DNA from: a virus
Virus genome (UHGV): UHGV-0115523
DNA: 25,861 bases
Strand: one strand, 5' to 3'
Shown here: one piece after another, positions 24,831 through 25,861 of the stretch
Layout of the letters: each line of letters begins with the position of its first letter
Position numbering within the stretch: position 1 is the first letter of the stretch
Translations under genes and position numbers: made by a program
Notes under the pieces: generated by a model
Databases searched by the model: none
Told to the model about the DNA's origin: nothing
Seen by the model: the letters and a program-made list of their open reading frames with translations, nothing else

Positions 24831-25861
24831 TGGCAGTACGAAAACTCACCACAGGGAAATGGCTTTGCGAATGTTACCCCGCCGGACGAAGTGGGCGTCG
24901 TGTGCGTAAACAATTCGCCACCAAAGGCGAAGCTCTGGCTTTTGAGCGTCACACGATGGAAGAAACCGAAGCAAAGCCCTGGCTGGGTGAATCAGTAGAT
25001 CGTCGAACACTGAAAGACGTGGTTGAGCTATGGTTCAAACTACATGGTAAATCACTGACTGCTGGGCAGCATGTCTATGACAAATTGCTGCTGATGGTTG
25101 ACGCTCTGGGCAATCCCCTTGCAACTGATCTCACATCTAAAATGTTTGCCCACTATCGAGATAAACGCCTGACAGGTGAGATCTACTTCAGCGAGAAATG
25201 GAAGAAAGGAGCAAGCCCGGTCACCATTAACCTGGAGCAAAGCTATCTAAGTAGTGTTTTTAGCGAACTATCCCGCCTGGGCGAATGGTCGTATCCGAAC
25301 CCACTGGAGAACATGCGAAAATTCACCATTGCAGAAAAAGAGATGGCATGGCTTACCCATGAGCAGATTGTTGAATTGCTGGCTGATTGCAAACGTCAGG
25401 ACCCAATTCTGGCACTGGTAGTTAAGATATGCTTAAGCACAGGCGCACGTTGGCGTGAAGCCGTAAATCTTACCCGCTCACAGGTGACCAAATACCGAAT
25501 TACCTTTGTAAGAACGAAGGGGAAGAAAAACAGAAGCATCCCTATCAGTAAAGAGCTTTACGAAGAGATCATGGCGCTTGATGGGTTCAATTTCTTTACA
25601 GACTGCTATTTTCAATTTTTATCCGTGATGGAAAAAACGTCTATCGTGCTCCCTCGCGGTCAACTGACACACGTTCTGCGCCATACGTTTGCGGCGCACT
25701 TCATGATGTCGGGTGGAAATATCCTGGCCTTACAAAAAATTCTCGGGCATCACGATATAAAAATGACTATGCGTTACGCACATCTGGCACCGGATCACCT
25801 GGAAACTGCATTACGGTTTAATCCGCTGGCAACACTACCAACATCAATAGCAAGTTTTTGA
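24830..25861 (+). CDS. int: Tyrosine integrase (P2/186 integrase family)
   Basis: 343 aa; conserved C-terminal catalytic region ...LRHTFAAHFMMSGGNILALQKILGHHDIKMTMRYAHL; the stop is at the window end, so the att site is expected just beyond it. Confidence 0.9.
   Translation: MAVRKLTTGKWLCECYPAGRSGRRVRKQFATKGEALAFERHTMEETEAKPWLGESVDRRTLKDVVELWFKLHGKSLTAGQHVYDKLLLMVDALGNPLATDLTSKMFAHYRDKRLTGEIYFSEKWKKGASPVTINLEQSYLSSVFSELSRLGEWSYPNPLENMRKFTIAEKEMAWLTHEQIVELLADCKRQDPILALVVKICLSTGARWREAVNLTRSQVTKYRITFVRTKGKKNRSIPISKELYEEIMALDGFNFFTDCYFQFLSVMEKTSIVLPRGQLTHVLRHTFAAHFMMSGGNILALQKILGHHDIKMTMRYAHLAPDHLETALRFNPLATLPTSIASF

Noticed and set aside
1-25861. CRISPR arrays, tRNA/rRNA genes, IS elements or transposases
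   Set aside because: No regularly spaced direct repeats, no cloverleaf-like conserved tRNA segments and no transposase-like translations were seen on either strand. The att site and any tRNA integration target would lie beyond the int stop at the window end.

Overview
This window is a near-complete P2/186-family temperate myovirus prophage, read in inverted orientation, carrying three AT-rich cargo islands that the phage backbone does not explain. All calls are from reading the six-frame translations and the DNA by eye; no database search was run. Backbone order (window left to right): tail fibre assembly G (partial) and tail fibre H, baseplate I/J/W/V, tail completion S/R, lysis cassette (Rz/Rz1-like spanins, LysA-like, SAR endolysin, holin), X, head completion L, terminase M, capsid N, scaffold O on the minus strand; terminase ATPase P and portal Q on the plus strand; a candidate cos site; a LexA-box-controlled small-gene cassette; replication initiator A, Dam methylase and early genes; 186-type CII and Apl; CI repressor; integrase. 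The regulatory region looks 186-like rather than P2-like. The three islands are: (1) an HNH-nuclease / 216-aa unknown / minimal nucleotidyltransferase operon between Q and cos; (2) a secreted protein plus the SOS cassette between cos and A; (3) a 400-aa protein plus a 4-TM membrane protein between cI and int, in a RexAB-like position. Islands 1 and 3 are the best candidates for undescribed anti-phage or toxin modules. No rRNA, tRNA, CRISPR array or IS element was recognised.
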